Part shown: positions 34,601 through 45,821 of the stretch, one piece after another
Numbering within the stretch: the first letter of the stretch is position 1
How the letters are laid out: the number at the start of each line of letters is the position of its first letter
DNA from: a virus
Length of the DNA: 64,000 nt
Virus record (IMG/VR): IMGVR_UViG_3300045125_000119
Location: 12,045-76,044 of that record
Direction: 5' to 3' (one strand)
Notes under the pieces: model-generated
Database searches by the model: none
What the model was told of the DNA's origin: nothing
What the model saw: the letters and a program-made list of their open reading frames with translations, nothing else
Position numbers and translations under genes: made by a program

Positions 34601-37600
34601 CACCGGCTTGACCGAGGACGGCACCGGACCCGATGTGGCCGGAGTTAACAGCACCGGACGCATGATGGAATTGGCTTACAACACCTGATGCAATGGTGCC
34701 AGAAGCAACGGAGGCATTGGCAAGATGTCCGAATCCAACTTGCCCGGAAGCGATCTTGCCCGAAACTACTGCACCGGAGCCAATTGTAGAAGCTTGAACC
34801 GATCCGTCGGCAAGGTGTCCGAATCCAACTTGTCCAGACGCAATCTTACCTGAAACTACTGCACCGGAGCCAATTGTAGAAGCTTGAACCGACCCGTCGG
34901 CAAGATGTCCGAATCCAACTTGTCCAGACGCAATTCTGCCCGAAACAATTGCCCCCGACCCGATGTCGAGTGATCCGATTGTACCGGACGCAATGGTAAA
35001 TGCACCACCACCGGCTTGGCCGAGGACGGCACCGGACCCGATGTGGCCGGAGTTAACAGCACCGGACGCATGATGGAACTGGCTTACAACACCTGATGCA
35101 ATGGTGCCAGAAGCAACAGAGGCGTTGGCAAGGTGTCCGAATCCAACTTGCCCGGATGCAATCCTACCCGAAACGATGGCACCGGAAGAAATATGGAAAG
35201 AACCAATTTGCCCAGAAGCAATATTGCCTGAAAGGACAACACCGGAACCAAGAGTCAGACCCCCGCTAATATATTGATTTCCCTAGTCCAATTAGAGCGC
35301 CGCCGCTGTTGTTCGGCACGCCTAATGGCTGCAATATATCTCCCGATAGGAAACCGCCTGAGTTAAACGATCCAGAAGCGGTAACTATTTGACCAGACCT
35401 ACCGACATACAATGAATTCCCAACATAGCCTGAGTAATCAGCCAATCCAGAAGTAAATTGCACCACTCCTGCTGTATAAACATCGGCGGCAATGCCACTG
35501 GCTACGTTATCAAACACAACTCCGATAGCTGGCATCCTGCTTGGAACTGAAGCCATAGCAACGAGCAAATTGCCGCTTGGGGACATTGCGACGGCACGAC
35601 CACCAGAAATATTTTCTTCGGCCAATACCGTCCAAGCCGATCCACTTACAAAAGGTGCAGCAAACTGCGATCTTGTAGTTGCTGTGCCACTTGCTATTTT
35701 GTATGTTGAAATTTGACCAGATGCAAGGTGTCCAGCACCAACTTGTCCCGATGCGATCCTACCTGAAACGATTGCTCCCGACCCGATGTCGAGTGATCCA
35801 ATCGTACCGGACGCAATGGTGAAAGCTCCACCACCGGCTTGGCCGAGTACAGCACCGGACCCGATGTGGCCTGAGTTAACAGCACCGGACGCATGGTGGA
35901 ACTGACTTACGACGCCTGATGCAAGAGTGCCGGAAGCAACAGAGGCGTTGGCAAGATGTCCGAAGCCAACTTGTCCCGATGCAATGGTGCCTGATTGTAC
36001 GGAAGCATTGGCGAGATGGCCGAAGCCAACTTGCCCGGAAGCGATCCTACCTGAAACGATGGCACCCGACCCGATGTCGAGTGATCCAATCGTACCCGGA
36101 CGCAATGGTGAAAGCTCCACCACCAGCTTGTCCGAGGACGGCACCGGACCCGATGTGGCCGGAGTTGACGGCACCGGACGCATGGTGGAATTGACTTACG
36201 ACGCCTGACGCAATGGTGCCTGATTGTACGGAAGCATTAGCAAGGTGTCCGAAGCCAACTTGACCGGAAGCAATGGTGCCTGATTGTACGGAAGCATTAG
36301 CAAGATGACCGAAGCCAACTTGCCCGGAAGCAATTCTACCCGAAACGACCGCACCGGACCCGATGTCGAGTGATCCAATCGTACCGGACGCAATGGTGAA
36401 AGCACCACCACCGGCTTGACCGAGGACGGCACCGGACCCGATGGTGGCCTGAGTTAACAGCACCGGACGCATGATGGAACTGGCTTACAACACCTGATGC
36501 AAGAGTACCTGACTGTACGGAAGCATTGGCAGGGTGGCTGACCAACTTGCCCGGAAGCAATTCTACCCGAAACGACCGCACCGGAGCCAATTGTAGAAGC
36601 TTGAACCGACCCGTCGGCAAGGTGTCCGAATCCAACTTGTCCCGATGCAATTCTACCCGAAACTACTGCACCGGACCCAATTGTAGAAGCTTGAACCGAC
36701 CCGTCGGCAAGGTGTCCAGAGCCAACTTGCCCGGAAGCAATTCTACCCGAAACGACCGCACCGGACCCGATGTCGAGTGATCCAATCGTACCGGACGCAA
36801 TGGTGAAAGCTCCACCACCGGCTTGGCCGAGGACGGCACCGGACCCGATGTGGCCGGAGTTAACAGCACCGGACGCATGATGGAATTGGCTTACAACACC
36901 TGATGCAAGAGTGCCAGAAGCAACGGAAGCATTAGCAAGATGTCCGAATCCAACTTGCCCGGAAGCAATGGTGCCTGATTGTACGGAAGCATTAGCAAGA
37001 TGGCCGAAGCCAACTTGCCCGGAAGCAATGGTGCCTGATTGTACGGAAGCATTAGCGAGATGGCCGGAGCCAACTTGACCGGATGCAATCCTACCTGAAA
37101 CGATGGCACCCGACCCGATGTCTAGTGACCCGATTGTACCGGACGCAATGGTAAATGCGCCACCACCAGCTTGTCCGAGGACGGCACCGGACCCGATGTG
37201 GCCGGAGTTGACTGCACCGGACGCATGATGGAATTGACTTACAACACCGGACGCAAGAGTACCTGACTGTACGGAAGCATTGGCAAGGTGGCTGAAGCCA
37301 ACTTGTCCCGATGCAATCCTACCCGAAACGATGGCACCGGAAGAAATATGGAAAGAACCAATTTGCCCAGAAGCAATGTCGCCACTGAAATACTTACCTG
37401 GGACAATTCCTTGAACGCCAAAAATGGCACCGCCGCTATTTTTTACAGTGCCAATAGGTTGTACTATTCCACCCAACTGCCCAGATGCAGTAGAAATATC
37501 ACCAGAAGCACCAACATAAAGTTGTTGTCCAGTATAACCGGAGAAATCTACTTGTCCACTTCCGAACTGAACGGGACCAGTAGTGTATACATTGACATTT

Positions 37601-38097
37601 TGTCCGCTGGCAACATTATCGAAAGCGACGCCAATGGCTGGCATACGTCCCGAAACAGCGGCCATAGCAATACGAACATTGCCAGAAACCGGAGAAATGT
37701 GAACGGCTTTCAGTCCAGAAATCGGTTCTTCTGCAATGGCAGTGAACTGAGTTCCGCTAAAATACGGTCCTGAGAACTGTGAACGGTTAATTTGGTTCTG
37801 ATATCGTGCAGGACTGACCTGCATGACATCTTTCGATCCGGCCGAGAAGTTAACCGCATTGCCGCCATTGCTGCTGGCATAAATGGTAGTGCGAGTAAGT
37901 GTTAGGGCACCAGAATCGTAGGTGCCTCGTCCGACTTCCCAATCGGTGCCGTCGGTAATACAGTAAGGGGTTTCGTTGCCATTGCCAACAACAGCAAACG
38001 ACTGATAACCAATCCTGCACCGGCCAAAGTTACGGTGCCAGTACCGGTTGTTGTAGTCGTTTCCCAAATCTCTGTCGAATAGTGGTAGTTCAGCCAT
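28674..38097 (-). CDS. giant (~3,100 aa) tail-fibre/adhesin-like protein with pentapeptide xIASG repeats (many frameshifts)
   Basis: N-terminus corrects to DR.WETTTTTGTGTVTL..GYQSF...DWEVG.GTY...SSNGGNAVNFSAGSKDV (common fibre anchor); five globular modules (EE.ISGGRAV..A.ASV.SRMPAIGV); five FLRDDFTW motifs; breaks resume in another frame. Confidence 0.8.
29280..37350. repeat. modular, synonymously diverged coding repeats of the fibre
   Basis: Units SGQVGFGHLANASVQSGTLASGVVSQFHHASGAVNSGHIGSGAVLGQAGGGAFTIASGTIGSLDIGSGAVV and SGRIASGQVGFGHLADGSVQASTIGSGAVV in varying order. Confidence 0.95.
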
Positions 38098-38112
38098 TTC
38101 TCTCCCTACACC

Positions 38113-38118
38113 TATTTA
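38113..38118 (-). promoter_or_regulatory. late promoter core (CTAAATA) of fibre gene
   Basis: 15 nt upstream of ATG 38097, GGGAGAG RBS between. Confidence 0.65.
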
Positions 38119-38166
38119 GAAGTACAGAAGAGGAAAATTGTAAAAGTTTATCCGCTAATTACTTTC

Positions 38167-39531
38167 TTAACATCTGGGAACAATATTGAAAAATAATCCA
38201 ACAAAGAGTCGAAGATTTTGCAGAGTATCGTACATTAGCGTTTTGCAGTTCTCGATCCATTTGTCACAAAACGTGTGCCAAAAGAAATTGGTAAGATACT
38301 GAAAAGCTAACGGCCAATCTGTAGTCATGTTCTAGATACGTCTGCATCCTCCCAAACACAGCGGCGGCTTCCCAATAAAGTTCTTCGCTTATTCCGCCTG
38401 ATTTGCCATTAAGGAACCGACCGGCATTTTTGATCTTGTTCAAAAAGACGCTTGCCTTTTTCCATCATGGCTTCATCACACCGGGTATCAGTCCCGACCT
38501 GATTCAAAGCGGCCCAATACCGAACACCGGCCATCCCGTACTTTTCGATGTAAGTATCGGGGTGAACAAAGTTTCCGGCACTTTTGCTGATCTTCCGGCC
38601 GTGACGGTCGAGGGCGTGGCCGCTAATGATGATTCGGTTCCACGGAATCTGGTTGTTGTGGTAAATGCTCTTGACGATGGTGAAAAAGGCCCACGTCCGA
38701 ATGATGTCGTCAGCGCCTGAAACCGTGCGTCAAAAATCGGACACTTCAGGCTCGGTTCGCCGGTGTGCGACATCCAAGCTAGTTGCGGACTCAAACTGCT
38801 GGTGAACCAAGTATCGAACACTTGGTCGTCGGCTTCGCCCGGAATGTGGATTCCGAACTTTCGCTCACGAGAAATACTCAATCGTATTTCAGATCATCGA
38901 GCCACCGGTGCAATCGTTCACGAAAGTGATCCGGGTGCCATTGAATGCTGTCAATGGCTTCACGCAGCCGTGGCAGGTGATCCATAATGTTGATGAACCA
39001 GCCCTCACCGGTGCGCAATTCGACTTTCGCACCGCTGCGTTCGCTAGCAGCCGTTCTCGTCAATCTCGGATTGGCTCACGGACTCTTTTGTGATCGGGCA
39101 CCAATAGTAGTCACGGACGGCTTTGTAGGCCAACCCTTTCGACTTCAGGTCGTCAAAAGAGATGGCACTGAGAGTAATCGCCTTGCCTTGAAAGGTGTGG
39201 TATTGGTGCTTACTCCATCCCATCCCAATTTTTGCAAACAAGTCAGAGTACATTTCCGACTTGTTCTCGGCGAACTTGATGATTTCCGACTGGTCGAAAA
39301 TGTGTTCTTTGTTAGCCAGTTTCTTTGTTGGCAGACCGTTGCAGTCAAAACAGAACGGATACAACAAGATGTCCTCTTTGGACGGCTTGTGTCGGCCCGT
39401 TTCTTCATCCCACTCGGCCGCATCGTAAAACGGCGTGTACGAGCGATGAAATCCATGTGGCAGTACGAAAAAACGTGCCCCATGTGAAGTTGACCGGAAA
39501 TTGTGGGCGGCGGAACGTCAATAAGATACAT
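38167..39531 (-). CDS. valS: minimal valyl-tRNA synthetase (archaeal-type), ~450 aa, no CP1 editing domain, frameshifted
   Basis: [82 protein letters not shown]. Confidence 0.9.
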
Positions 39532-39546
39532 GATTGCTCCAAAAAA

Positions 39547-39572
39547 GAAACCGGGGTAGAAACCCCGGTTTC
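39547..39572 (-). terminator. intrinsic terminator
   Basis: GAAACCGGGG-loop-CCCCGGTTTC followed by a T-run on the minus strand. Confidence 0.75.
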
Positions 39573-39598
39573 GAGAAGACTCAAAGTTCTATGGACCG

Positions 39599-39841
39599 TC
39601 ACCGGGGCCGCTTGGGTCCAGAGTACGGTACGACTACGGTAGCATAGAACTTGTTCATGAAAGTATAATACCACGCCCAAGCCAATTTGTCAATCTTTTT
39701 GTGAGAACAAGTGAAGTCCACCTTGTTCTTGCCGTCTTCGTACTTGACCAGACAGTTGTAGTCACAGGTCAGTTCGACTTCGATATCTTCCGCCGCCAGA
39801 TCGTAGTCAGTGAAAGTTTTCTTGTCCTCAGATTCGTACAC
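39599..39841 (-). CDS. hypothetical protein
   Basis: 80-aa ORF; start may lie further upstream. Confidence 0.4.
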   Translation of the reverse strand: MYESEDKKTFTDYDLAAEDIEVELTCDYNCLVKYEDGKNKVDFTCSHKKIDKLAWAWYYTFMNKFYATVVVPYSGPKRPR

Positions 39842-39895
39842 CCGAAAAAAGTGTTTCTCGGTGTACGGATTGTGAGAAGAAACCCACGGACGCCC

Positions 39896-40306
39896 TTAGC
39901 CAGTTTTACTTCTTTTTTCATTTTTAGACTTACGTTTGAGTGGCTCGATAAGATTGGGATATTTGTCCGAGGTCAAGTCCAACGCCGAAACGTACCAATG
40001 GCCCGCACGCATGTTGCCGACATCACGTTTTTGCTCAAACAGCTTCACGGAACAGTAATCTTTGCTGCGGTATTCGACGTAATAGGCGTCGGGGTGTTTG
40101 TGACGCAACCGCCCGGTTTCGGTCAGAGTAACGTTCTCGAAAAGAATCTGGTCGGGTACGAACTCGACCATCGGCCCTTTGCTGGTCATGAGTACCTGTT
40201 TGTAGCCGCAGGCAACGGGCAGGCCGTTCGGCGTTGCGAATTTAATCTCTTCTTCGGATCGTGCCGGGATTTTCAACCGCTCGACGTATGTGTTTGGCAT
40301 GGTCAA
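39896..40306 (-). CDS. hypothetical protein
   Basis: 136-aa ORF with GGAG RBS. Confidence 0.6.
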   Translation of the reverse strand: MTMPNTYVERLKIPARSEEEIKFATPNGLPVACGYKQVLMTSKGPMVEFVPDQILFENVTLTETGRLRHKHPDAYYVEYRSKDYCSVKLFEQKRDVGNMRAGHWYVSALDLTSDKYPNLIEPLKRKSKNEKRSKTG

Positions 40307-40354
40307 TCTCCTAATCGGATTGACCTATAATTTAACATCATCTACGCCAATGTC

Positions 40355-40360
40355 TATATA
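40355..40360 (+). promoter_or_regulatory. variant late promoter (CTATATA), leaderless geometry
   Basis: TATATA-TCTTC-ATG (5-nt spacer). Confidence 0.4.
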
Positions 40361-40365
40361 TCTTC

Positions 40366-40761
40366 ATGCAATTTCGTGAATACCTTGCAGAATCCGAATT
40401 CCGATTTGAAGGGGACAGTGTGGGTATCGTCACGGCCCACAATCCACAAGGCAAAAAGCTGTCCCGAAAGCAAAACAAAAAACTGAACGGCCAATTGTGG
40501 ACAGATTTACGAGTAGCGGGGCACGACCCTTGGGCTGTGGCTGGAAATTACCAAGGGCACAAAGAAGACTCATTTATGATTCCCGACATCAGCCGGGAAG
40601 AGTTAGTCAGTTATGCCAAAAAATACGACCAAGCGGCCGTAATTTGGGCCAAAAAAGTCGATCACGGATACGATGTCGAATGGATCGCCGACGGCAAAAC
40701 GACTAAGCGGAAAAATATTGCGAACATCCGCTCGTTGTTGGCTCAGTCAGTTTCTTTTTGA
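40366..40761 (+). CDS. DUF3293-like protein with capsid-targeting-like N-terminus
   Basis: MQFREYLAE; IVTAHNPQG..LS..QN...N..L, E.SF.I, A.KYDQAAVIW. Confidence 0.6.
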   Translation: MQFREYLAESEFRFEGDSVGIVTAHNPQGKKLSRKQNKKLNGQLWTDLRVAGHDPWAVAGNYQGHKEDSFMIPDISREELVSYAKKYDQAAVIWAKKVDHGYDVEWIADGKTTKRKNIANIRSLLAQSVSF

Positions 40762-41640
40762 GCATCGACATCGAAGCCGAACTGTTTTGCTACGTCAGGG
40801 TGGAGCATGATCTTCATGCCCTTGTTTTCTTCGGCAGTTTCCTTGAGTTCGGGAAACACTTCTTCTGCGGGGATGGAGTCAGCCAGTCCAGACTTGATTT
40901 CGTCCACACGCTCTTTGAGCATGTCTTTGACTTCGTTCTTCTGAGCGGGACCGCCGTGGAAGCTGATTTCCCAATAGATGGCGTCGAGAACGTCTTGGAG
41001 ATTGTAGGTGCGTTCGGCGACCATTACGGGACGGGGTTCCGGTTTCGGGCCGGTCCCTGTCGGTCTTGCTGTACGCCTTGAGAGCAGCGAGGTATTCGTC
41101 GGAATCGTAAAAAGAGGCAGTTTGGTTGAGAACGACAGGAAGGTGTGCAATTTCCTGCATCGGGGTGAAACCGATGCCCCACTGCATCTTTTCGCCAATT
41201 TGATCTTCGCCGTAACCAAAATTCTTGACGCAGTTGGGACCGACAAGTCCGATAGCATGGAAACTCGGCGTCAAATCAAACGCCTTGCGGCTTTCGTCTT
41301 CGTAATGATCGCCCAGATCGCAGGCCCAATACACCTCAAGGGCCGTCATCGGATCGCCATTCTTTTCTTCGTCTTCGTCGGGACTGTACGGTTCTTCCGC
41401 CTGAGCGTGAAAGTCATCAATGCTGCGGCACCACGAATATTGCGAAATGAACAGCTTCAACATCTTGTACTGACTGACGGTGCGGAAGATGTCGAGAAGG
41501 GTGACGCCTTCGGCAATTTCGCAGGCGTCACGGAGGTGCTTCCAAACTGCAATTTTCTTGACCCGACGGCGAACGTACTTCCGCTTGTCACCGTTCCACT
41601 TGTACTCGAACAGCCCGTCCTTCTCGAACTTGACAGTCAT
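40743..41640 (-). CDS. hypothetical protein (frameshifted)
   Basis: ORFs 40879-41640 and 40743-41258 join near 41050. Confidence 0.55.
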
Positions 41641-42167
41641 GACTAATCCTCAAGGATTCTCGATCTGGTGCTGATGATTCCGACCTACAAATCGGTCAGA
41701 CACCAGATCGGCGACCCTCAAATATCCCTTTTCACCCAGATAGGCTTTTAGGTGAAAAAACAGGGTATCCGGGTCGAGGTTTTGAATTCGGAAGAAAAAT
41801 CTCTCATATCGTCCCGAAACTCATCGGGCGACCTGTTAGTGCTGGCCCAATATTCTACATCCTTGCCCTCGATTTGGACGGAATAAATCCGACACAACAG
41901 ATCGAGTTTTTGGCAATCCTGCCGTTGTTGGTGTATCATACACCTTATGTATTCGTCTGGCAGTCCTTTTCTGGCATCGAGTAGTGCCGCACTAGACTGA
42001 GGGCGGTCGGATTGTCAATCGCCTTCGACCTGTCGCCGAAGAAAACCTTGACAATCGCTTCGGCCAAAACGTCCGGCACCCGTCCAACTTTTTTGGTCCC
42101 AGCAGCAGACTCATGCTCAGATGGTAGCTCGGTTCACCATCAAACTGGTCTAGGGTCAGCACCAAAG

Positions 42168-42404
42168 TCACGAAAAGTGCCCGCCCCAGAATGACACAGC
42201 GGGTGGTGCCAGAGGTTCGCAGGTCTTCGACAATTTTCGGATTTTTGCCCGCTCGAAAGCCTCGTCAGCGGTTTTGGAGTACGGCGGCGGCGAATCAATT
42301 GGGTCGCCTTTGGCCGCTTTGAACATCTCTTGTGCGAGACTTCTAATGTCTTCGACTCGGTCGCAGATCACAGGTTCAAGGTAATCAGCCACATCAGTCT
42401 CCAA
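42168..42404 (-). CDS. hypothetical protein
   Basis: 78-aa ORF. Confidence 0.4.
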   Translation of the reverse strand: METDVADYLEPVICDRVEDIRSLAQEMFKAAKGDPIDSPPPYSKTADEAFERAKIRKLSKTCEPLAPPAVSFWGGHFS

Positions 42405-42939
42405 TGCGAAAAGCCGACCGAAGTCGGCTTTTCTTTACTTTGCAAGAGCCAAGAACTACAGTTCTCATGATGTCTTCTGCGGTCTTTTCCACGATGATGG
42501 GCCTGCACTCGCCCATTATCGACAAATCTTCAACCTTCGGCTTGGGCGGCGGTGGAGGAGGAGGCGGCGGCGGCGGCGGTTCGGGTTCAAGGAGCATTGC
42601 CCGAATCGCTTTCAGTTCGTCCAGAATCGACACCAACACCTGCTGCCCTTCGTTGAACTGAATCTTCAAGAATTCTTTGTGTTCTTCCTGTTTCTCGGCG
42701 AACCAGTACGGCTTGTTCTCGGTCAACCGCCTTTCAATGTCCTTCAACTGTTCTTGAAGTTCGCTCCGATTTTTCTTTGGCGTCATTGCAATCATACTCT
42801 CGATCCGCTCCTTTTCTGCAATTAACGCCTCGTGTTCCTCCGATGCGGTCATGAATTTGGCGTCGGGATTGAGAGCCTTCAATTGTGCCAGTTGAAGTTG
42901 TCGCTCACGTTCCTTCCGCTGCTTTTTCGTTTTTGCCAA
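42394..42939 (-). CDS. coiled-coil protein with poly-Pro run
   Basis: K/E/Q-rich helices plus a run of at least 11 Pro; real stop probably before the hairpin at 42408. Confidence 0.55.
   Translation of the reverse strand: MAKTKKQRKERERQLQLAQLKALNPDAKFMTASEEHEALIAEKERIESMIAMTPKKNRSELQEQLKDIERRLTENKPYWFAEKQEEHKEFLKIQFNEGQQVLVSILDELKAIRAMLLEPEPPPPPPPPPPPPKPKVEDLSIMGECRPIIVEKTAEDIMRTVVLGSCKVKKSRLRSAFRIGD
42408..42433 (-). terminator. intrinsic terminator with UUCG loop
   Basis: GAAAAGCCGAC-TTCG-GTCGGCTTTTC. Confidence 0.75.
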
Positions 42940-43594
42940 GTACCGGCAGTTTGCGGGGTGTGTCGGTGATGACGGTTACAAGGCGGAATTCGGTCTTAGG
43001 TTACTGGTTCCAGAATGAACAGAATGTCATCTTTGACTGCGTACACCGAATTCGCTTTGCGAGGCATTCCGTATGGAATCGGTTCGTTCTTTTCTAGCCT
43101 CCGAGCCTCCCTAACCGACTGAATGATCGTGTACGCATTGCAATCCGACTGAGTTTCTGACGCCCGCTCACGCCAACGGACCCAAGCATGGTCCGTAACA
43201 TGGACGATTTCGGCATCCACTTGATACCCCCTCCTGTGTTAGAGAAAGAGGCAACCATTCCCATAGCCGGGATTTTGTTCTATGTCGTCATTTATCTACC
43301 GGTTGCCCGGTGCCTTACGGCTGCTCCAACCCGGCCTCACAGTGCTGCTTTCCCACTCGGCCTGTTTGGATTGCACCCTCCGAGGTATGACGATACTTAC
43401 CTTGCGGCGTTTTCTTCCTCTTTCAGCAGATGGTGTCCCGAACTTCCTCTAAGGCCGCTTGCACGGCCCCAGCGACGACTCGGAATGGTTGTCTCGTTCT
43501 AAGATACTACCACGAATTCGCTTGGTTCGATAGTAGATTCGCTCAGGATTCAAATTGGTCCCAAGGGGCGTCATCCACGCCCCTCTAGACATAT

Positions 43595-44687
43595 TTACAC
43601 CAAATAAGTTGGAATATAGTTCTCGGATTCGATCCATACCAGCCCACGCTTGGCACGACTAGCGGCTGTATAGGCCCACCGTTTGTGTTCCCATTTATCG
43701 CACTTCTGCTCGTAAACCATTACGTTGTCCCACTCGTCGCCTTGGGCTTTGTGGCAAGTAATGGCATATGCGTAATCGAATGGATTTGCGCTAGTGCCGA
43801 AATCAAAATCGTTCTTCTCTTGGCCGAACTGGTCGGGGTCGTATTGAACCTTCACATATTCCTGTCCGTCCGACACGAAATCGAAAAAGAACTTCGTCAC
43901 TGGTCGTTTTGCGAATCTTCGTGACCGTGCCCTGCATTCCGTTGAACAGTTGTAGCTTTCTGTTGTTTCGCAGACACATCACCTTGTCGCCCACGGCGAT
44001 ATAACTGAACTCGATTTTTTCTCTTTTCTGACTTGTGAGTTGATTTTGCAACGAGTCTTGTTGAAAGCGCAAATAACCTGATCGGTGTCGGCCAGATTTT
44101 TGGCCGTCACAACACGTTCTTTGACGATCTGGACGGATTTGTCCGTTTTGAAGAGGCGTGCCAAGCTGCCTTTGCGAAGGTGTTCAGCGAAATAAGCAAT
44201 TTCACCGGCATTGCGGTGAACCGTTTCGAGAGTGTACATCGGCTCTGACATCAAGTTAAACTTGGTGCCGCCAATTGGTTCCAACTGTCCGTGATCGCCG
44301 ACGTAAATGATGGGAATACCGAAAGACTGTAAATCACGGTCTATTTCAGTGCCGATCATCGAGGCTTCATCGACAATGAAACCTTCGGTGAAATTGTCGG
44401 CCAGTTCATGTTTGCTCGCCAATTCCCATACTGTATCGCCCTTCAAGTCTTTGTAGGGCCGGTAGATCGTACTGTGGATCGTACCGGCCCCTGTGAGTCC
44501 CTTTTTCCTGAGAACGTTTGCCGCTTTTCCCGTATAAGCACAGATGCAAAAATTGGGCAGCGCTGTGACAAGACTTTGATAACAGTCGTTTTCCCGGTCC
44601 CGGCGTACCCGCCGAGAGTCTGGATCATATTGTTCTCTCGGCCCTTCACGATCTTGCGCACAACGTCTTTTGCTCTGTCGTTAACAT
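43595..44687 (-). CDS. RecD/Dda-like SF1B helicase (frameshifted)
   Basis: LGGYAGTGKTT, FIVDEASMI, VGDHGQLEPI, YAYAITCHKAQGDEW, WAYTAASRAK. Confidence 0.9.
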
Positions 44688-45254
44688 CAGATGTATCTTC
44701 CCTTGCCGTATAAAAGAAGCTGTTTATCGAAGTCGGTCGCCATGCTGTTCAGACGAACGCCACACTGCTCGCACGCCAATTCCCAAGTGTTGGCGTCGAG
44801 GTCGATATCGCCCAGATTTTTGGCAATTTCTTGCTCTTTAGTCTCAATGGCATACAAAAATTGGTGAAAACTCATCACGTCTTCATAGCCGACTCCGTCT
44901 TCGAGTTCGAGACTGCAAAGCACAGCCAAAGTATAATTCGACTTGATCCGATTGTACAGATCAGTCGGGGAATATCCGGGTGCGCCTTGCCGGTAATGTG
45001 ATATTGTTCGGCAAAACCGTGGCACTGCGAACACAGGCTGATGCCGTTCTCTTTGACGTACCCGCCCCACGGCATTAGCGTGCGGTCTGTGACGTGGTGG
45101 GCGTCGAGAGGCGCAGCGGACGGGATTTGCTGTGGGTGTTCGTAATACGAAGCCCAAGCCTCTTTCGACGGCTTCCAGCCGCACATTGCGCAGCAGTGAT
45201 CGTCCCGCTCGTAACAAGCGTGTCGGAATTCGGCACGGACATTTTTCTTGCTCA
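44687..45254 (-). CDS. HNH-like endonuclease (frameshifted)
   Basis: RD.HCCAMCG, LDAHHV, NGISLCSQCH. Confidence 0.7.
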
Positions 45255-45461
45255 TGACTGTTCCCATTCGTCGTCTATCGACCGATATTGTTTCACCTTT
45301 GTTTTCGGCAGGGGCAGTTCGCCGGTCCCGCCACAGATGGAACAATCGTAATGATATTCGCCGCCCAAACCCGCCTCGTACCATCCGTCGCCGTTGCACA
45401 CCGGGCATTTTTGCATTACTTCTAAGATACTCCGAACCTTGCCCCTATTTTCACCACTCAT
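45252..45461 (-). CDS. small Zn-finger protein (CPVCNGDG..CSICGGTG)
   Basis: DnaJ-type CxxCxGxG pair; ends QYRSIDDEWEQS. Confidence 0.6.
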   Translation of the reverse strand: MSGENRGKVRSILEVMQKCPVCNGDGWYEAGLGGEYHYDCSICGGTGELPLPKTKVKQYRSIDDEWEQS

Positions 45462-45464
45462 GTC

Positions 45465-45470
45465 TAAATA
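45465..45470 (+). promoter_or_regulatory. late promoter core (CTAAATA)
   Basis: 12 nt upstream of ATG 45483, GGGGGG RBS between. Confidence 0.6.
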
Positions 45471-45482
45471 TCCGGGGGGACC

Positions 45483-45821
45483 ATGAAGAGAAAACATTCA
45501 GAGAATACGTCGAAACTATTGACGCTGCCGCAAAAGCAGCATGGGACGCTCAACGGCGAGCAGAGGCGAGCGCACGGGATCGTCAAAAGAGCCAAGAACG
45601 TCGCAACTGGATCAGAGACAACAACGTAATCGTCAATACGGCCGAACCCGGTGCGTGGTTCAAATCACTCAGCCCGCAACAGCAACAAGAACTTTGGATG
45701 TTGGCAAAAAACACCGAAGTCAACCAAATTCCGCTGCCACCGTCTTGGGTCACGCCGGACCAAAGAGTGGCATTCAAAAAGGTCATACAGGCTATGCAGA
45801 ACCAATTGGAAAAAGCCGCTT
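45483..45821 (+). CDS. putative internal head protein (frameshifted start)
   Basis: ATG followed within a few bases by KTFREYVE...; runs to MQNQLEKAA*. Confidence 0.55.

Noticed and set aside
28700-37400. Many plus-strand and alternative-frame ORFs (MPEATEALARCP..., MRPVLLT...)
   Set aside because: They are shadow frames of the repetitive minus-strand fibre gene.
28674-38097. Diversity-generating retroelement acting on the fibre
   Set aside because: No reverse transcriptase is in the window, and differences between repeats are synonymous third-position changes rather than adenine-specific ones.
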